NCBI GenBank assembly: GCA_030429145.1
Contig: JAUIDC010000001.1
Span: 90,001-122,000 of the forward strand
Source of the DNA: Candidatus Saccharimonadota bacterium
GTDB taxonomy: Bacteria > Patescibacteriota > Gracilibacteria > Absconditabacterales > Absconditicoccaceae
DNA length: 32,000 bases
Direction of reading: 5' to 3'
The notes under the pieces were generated by a model. That model had not been told where the DNA came from. It did no database searches and saw only the letters and a program-made list of their open reading frames with translations. This document shows, in pieces, positions 28,924 to 32,000 of this stretch. The position numbers were made by a program, and so were the translations under genes. The first letter of the stretch is position 1. Each line of letters starts with the position of its first letter.

Positions 28924-31900
28924 TTAATTTTTCACTCTCCACCCCTGCGCTAACAATGGCTCTGCTTTTTTGTATTTCATCTCTTCTTCTTTGCCATCAG
29001 GGCTGATAACAGTCACAAGGTCATTTCTTCCGTATTTCTTCTCAGTATGTTGTATAGGAGCTTGCTGTTTTGGCATCTCTACTACTTCGACACCGTCGTC
29101 CTGTGCAAAGGCATTTGCGTATTGTTGTTGCTTAGCCTGTGTCGCATTTTGTGGCATCGGCTGAGCACGTCTTGCATTTGGCGTAAACTCAGGAACATCT
29201 TGCGATGCCTCATGCAGTCTTTCAAGCATCTGATCATTTTGCTGATCTTGCGTCCTGATCATGGCCTGTGTTTCTGGTCCGCGGAAGTCACTACGGAAGA
29301 CAACAGCTATAGTTTCCTGTTTGATGTTGAACATCAGCTGCTGAAATTTCTCAAATGCTTCCTTCTTATAAATAACCAATGGGTCTTGCTGTGCATAACC
29401 ATAGAGTCCAACCTTATCACGCAAGTATTGCATGTCATCAATATGCTGAATCCAATATTTATCAATCATCGCTAGATAGATCATACGAAGCGTTGCATCC
29501 ATCGCACGAGGATCAATACCTGCAATTTTTCTATCAAAGTACGTCTCAAACGAGTCAATAAGCTGTCCTTTCAGGTCTTTAATCGCACGTACTTTTTCTG
29601 TATTGATAGGCAATGTATCAAAGCCAAAGTCCTGCTTGATTGTCTCGACAACCTCCTTGAGATCCATCTGTGCATTCTCGTATTTCTTCACAATACCTTC
29701 CACCACATCTTCGATGAAGGCCCTAATCTCAGCTATAGTTGAGGTCGTTGACTGCTTCGTCTCTACAGCGATATAAGGAAGGATTTCTGGCTCTTGTGCT
29801 GCACAGATATGCTCTTCTTTGGCATCAATCATTATTGGTTCCACATTGAGTTGCTCTGCTAAGTGTTTACCTGCTCTTGGTGGAACATCGGTATCATTTT
29901 TATCTTGAATAACAACTATCTCATCGGCAAGAGATTGCATCTTTGCAAAATCAAATTTCCAATCAAACGTTTGGAAAAATGGTACAATCTCTCCATCTAC
30001 CATGTCAGGTCACGTAAATCCTGACAACAACACTAGTTTCCTAATCTTCACACCCTTTCTCTCCAATGCTTTCATGGCCACTACTGCTCCAAGCGAATGT
30101 CACACAAGGATAGTATTTACATTGAATTTTGCATTGTCGACGATAAATGAGATTTGTTCTTCCACATTTGGTTCGTCAGGATTTGGTAGTGGTGGATTGA
30201 GTACGATACCACCTTTCGCTTCAAGTTCCTTCTTGAGCCATGGAATAAAGTTTGCGTCCGGTCTTCACTCAAAACCGTGAAGTATCATATAGTTAGGAGT
30301 TTTTTCTTCGAGTTCAAGCATCTCATCACGCTTGGTGTAGATACGCTGTCTTTGTTTATTGATCACCGAATCGTAGTCGAAGAGATGTTTACGGATAGAA
30401 AAGTTCCATCCCTCCATCTGTTTCTGCGCACGGATAATTGATGATGAAAACTGTTTCTGTGTCAGTTCAAGATTTTCCAATTCCTCTCTTGAAAGAAGCA
30501 TACCTGCAACGGATTGGATTCTCTCACCTCCCATCTTACGCATGATCTCATCATCAAGCGCTACGTAGAAGACTGACATACCTGGATCTCCCTGACGTCA
30601 TGCACGACCTCTGAGCTGATTGTCGATACGACGTGATTCGTGTTTTTCCGTACCGAGGATAAACAATCCGTAATGAAGATTTTTTGACACTAGCCCTTCC
30701 GTATTTCCATCAGCAGCTTTCACGTGAATTTTTGCAAACCACTGTGTTGGGATTTTTTTCGCTTTATTAAATGAGATCTCTATGTGCTTACCTGCTACAT
30801 TGAGGATTCCCTGCTCTGCCGTACGAATCTGCTCATCGCTGAGACCCCACGTCTGTTTCATCGCTTCGATGGTAAAATCGAACTCTCTTTCAGAAAAGAC
30901 AGTTGCCTTTACGTCGTGCGGAGCGACCTTGCCAAATGTATTTCATTGTAGTGTTTGGTCTATCCATTTGATATAGTTTGTAGCAATTTTCTCATTGAGT
31001 CACTTCTCAAGCTTGATGTCGGTACCACGTCATGCCATATTGGTTGCAACGACTACAGAACCAGACTTTCCAGCATTTGAGACGATCTCAGCCTCTTTCT
31101 CATGAAACTTTGCATTGAGTACGTAGTGCTGTACTTGGATTTTACGTAGGATCTCCGATACGAGCTCCGAAGTATGGATGCTCGACGTACCAATAAGGAT
31201 AGGCACTCCTGCATCATGGTAGAACTTGATCGCGTCTACGACCGCCTTCCACTTTGCATTTTGATTGAAGTAGACCTTATCATGCCAGTCTGCACGGATG
31301 ATTGGTCTGTTCGTCGGGATACTCAACACCTCAAGATCATAGATCTTTTCAAACTCTTCACCTTCAGTCGTCGCAGTACCTGTCATACCTGCCAGCTTAT
31401 TATACTGCTTGAAAAAATTCTGGTAGGTGATCGTTGCGAGAGTTTGCGACTCGCGCTGGATGGTCACACCCTCTTTTGCTTCTATAGCCTGATGGAGCCC
31501 CTCAGAATAACGACGTCATGGCATCGTACGTCCTGTGTGTTCATCTACAATCAGGATCTCACCATCATGCACAATATAGTCCTTATTGTTATGATAACAC
31601 GCCTGTGCCTTCAACGCATTTTCTATATGATGAATCTCATCAAAACCAAAATCTTTATACAAATTTTCTACTCCAAGGGTCTTCTCCAATTTCTCGATAC
31701 CCTGCCCACTGAGGGTCACATTTTTATTCTTCTCATCGATATAGTAGTCGCCATCTTCTACCTGTTCATCCTCTTTCTTTAACACCTCGGCTAAGAAACC
31801 TTTTGGTGTTTTCTTTTTTTGCGAACATGGCGTCAGTGTACGAACGATCTTTGAGTAGTAGTCATACTTCTCTGTCGGATCAGCCGAAGGCTGCGAGATG

Positions 31901-32000
31901 ATCAATGGCGTTCTCGCCTCATCGATCAAAATAGAGTCGACTTCGTCGACGATAGCAAAATTGAGCGGACGCCGTGTCACATTACGCTCAGAAAGCGAGC
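28924..32000 (-). CDS. secA: Preprotein translocase ATPase SecA (5'-truncated by the window end) carrying an internal alpha/beta-hydrolase domain insertion
   Basis: Five track ORFs are in one frame. DEHTGRTMP-[TGA]-RR, ATNMA-[TGA]-[18 protein letters not shown]-[TGA]-RQGD and [17 protein letters not shown] are canonical SecA blocks. TAA stop at 28924-28926. Confidence 0.9.
29770..30291 (-). other. In-frame serine-hydrolase (YdeN/RBBP9-like alpha/beta-hydrolase) domain inserted in the SecA helical scaffold/wing region
   Basis: [41 protein letters not shown]...[16 protein letters not shown] (GxSxG)...[12 protein letters not shown] (Asp)...AKEEHI (His). Flanked by the SecA blocks [16 protein letters not shown] and [13 protein letters not shown]. 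Confidence 0.7.

Noticed and set aside
28334-31782. Plus-strand ORFs 28334..28702, 29047..29475, 30002..30280 and 31174..31782 (up to 202 aa).
   Set aside because: They lie antisense to the helicase and secA coding frames, have no recognisable motifs, and show low-complexity or odd composition.
28924-32000. secA (and the helicase, KAP, GT4, S66 and other genes) appear in the ORF track as strings of short fragments, which could be read as pseudogenes or decayed genes.
   Set aside because: All fragments of each gene share one frame. They are separated only by TGA, never by TAA/TAG or frameshifts, and the TGAs align to conserved Gly. This is codon reassignment, not decay.
1-32000. Genetic code 4 (TGA=Trp, as in Mycoplasma), as an alternative explanation for the read-through.
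   Set aside because: TGA falls at positions that are invariant Gly (Walker A, GxGxG, GxSxG, SecA GRGTD/GRQGD), not at Trp positions. UGG is still used for Trp (e.g. SWW, TWG).
1-32000. CRISPR arrays, rRNA genes and transposase/IS elements.
   Set aside because: I found no regularly spaced direct repeats of 25-40 bp, no rRNA-like conserved blocks and no transposase motifs. The only recombinase seen is the serine integrase.

Overview
The window is AT-rich bacterial DNA that uses genetic code 25 (TGA = Gly), as in Gracilibacteria/BD1-5 and Absconditabacteria/SR1. In-frame TGA codons repeatedly fall on invariant glycines: the SecA motor motifs, a KAP Walker-A loop, a SAM-MTase motif I and a GxSxG nucleophile elbow. 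The supplied standard-code ORF track is therefore heavily fragmented, and I rebuilt genes by hand using only TAA/TAG as stops.

Layout:
- 1-5.0 kb: a type IV pilin-like gene, DUF4256 and DUF2200 genes, a small membrane protein, and a metal-handling cluster (His/Cys-rich secreted protein, DUF305 lipoprotein, HMA-MauE/DoxX fusion, MTase).
- 5.2-11.8 kb: a six-gene minus-strand operon bracketed by a perfect 26-bp direct repeat. It encodes a HIT hydrolase, a class IIb aaRS-core paralog, a SAM-MTase, a second class-II-aaRS-like protein, a GT4 glycosyltransferase and an MccF/LdcA-type S66 peptidase.
- 11.8-19.2 kb: a very AT-rich accessory island. It carries a Panacea(DUF4065) antitoxin with an unknown partner, a TM coiled-coil protein with a KAP P-loop NTPase, a structured GC-rich element, a secreted/membrane protein, and a large serine recombinase whose last 31 nt are antisense to the 3' end of ssrA.
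- 19.2-20.5 kb: tmRNA, higBA and tRNA-Leu(CAG).
- 20.5-32 kb: core-like genes (RluA-family pseudouridine synthase, membrane protein, LEA-like repeat protein, an unassigned structured RNA candidate, two hypotheticals, grpE, a 930-aa SF2 DEAH helicase) and secA, which carries an in-frame alpha/beta-hydrolase domain insertion.

All family assignments rest on motif recognition by eye; no searches were run.
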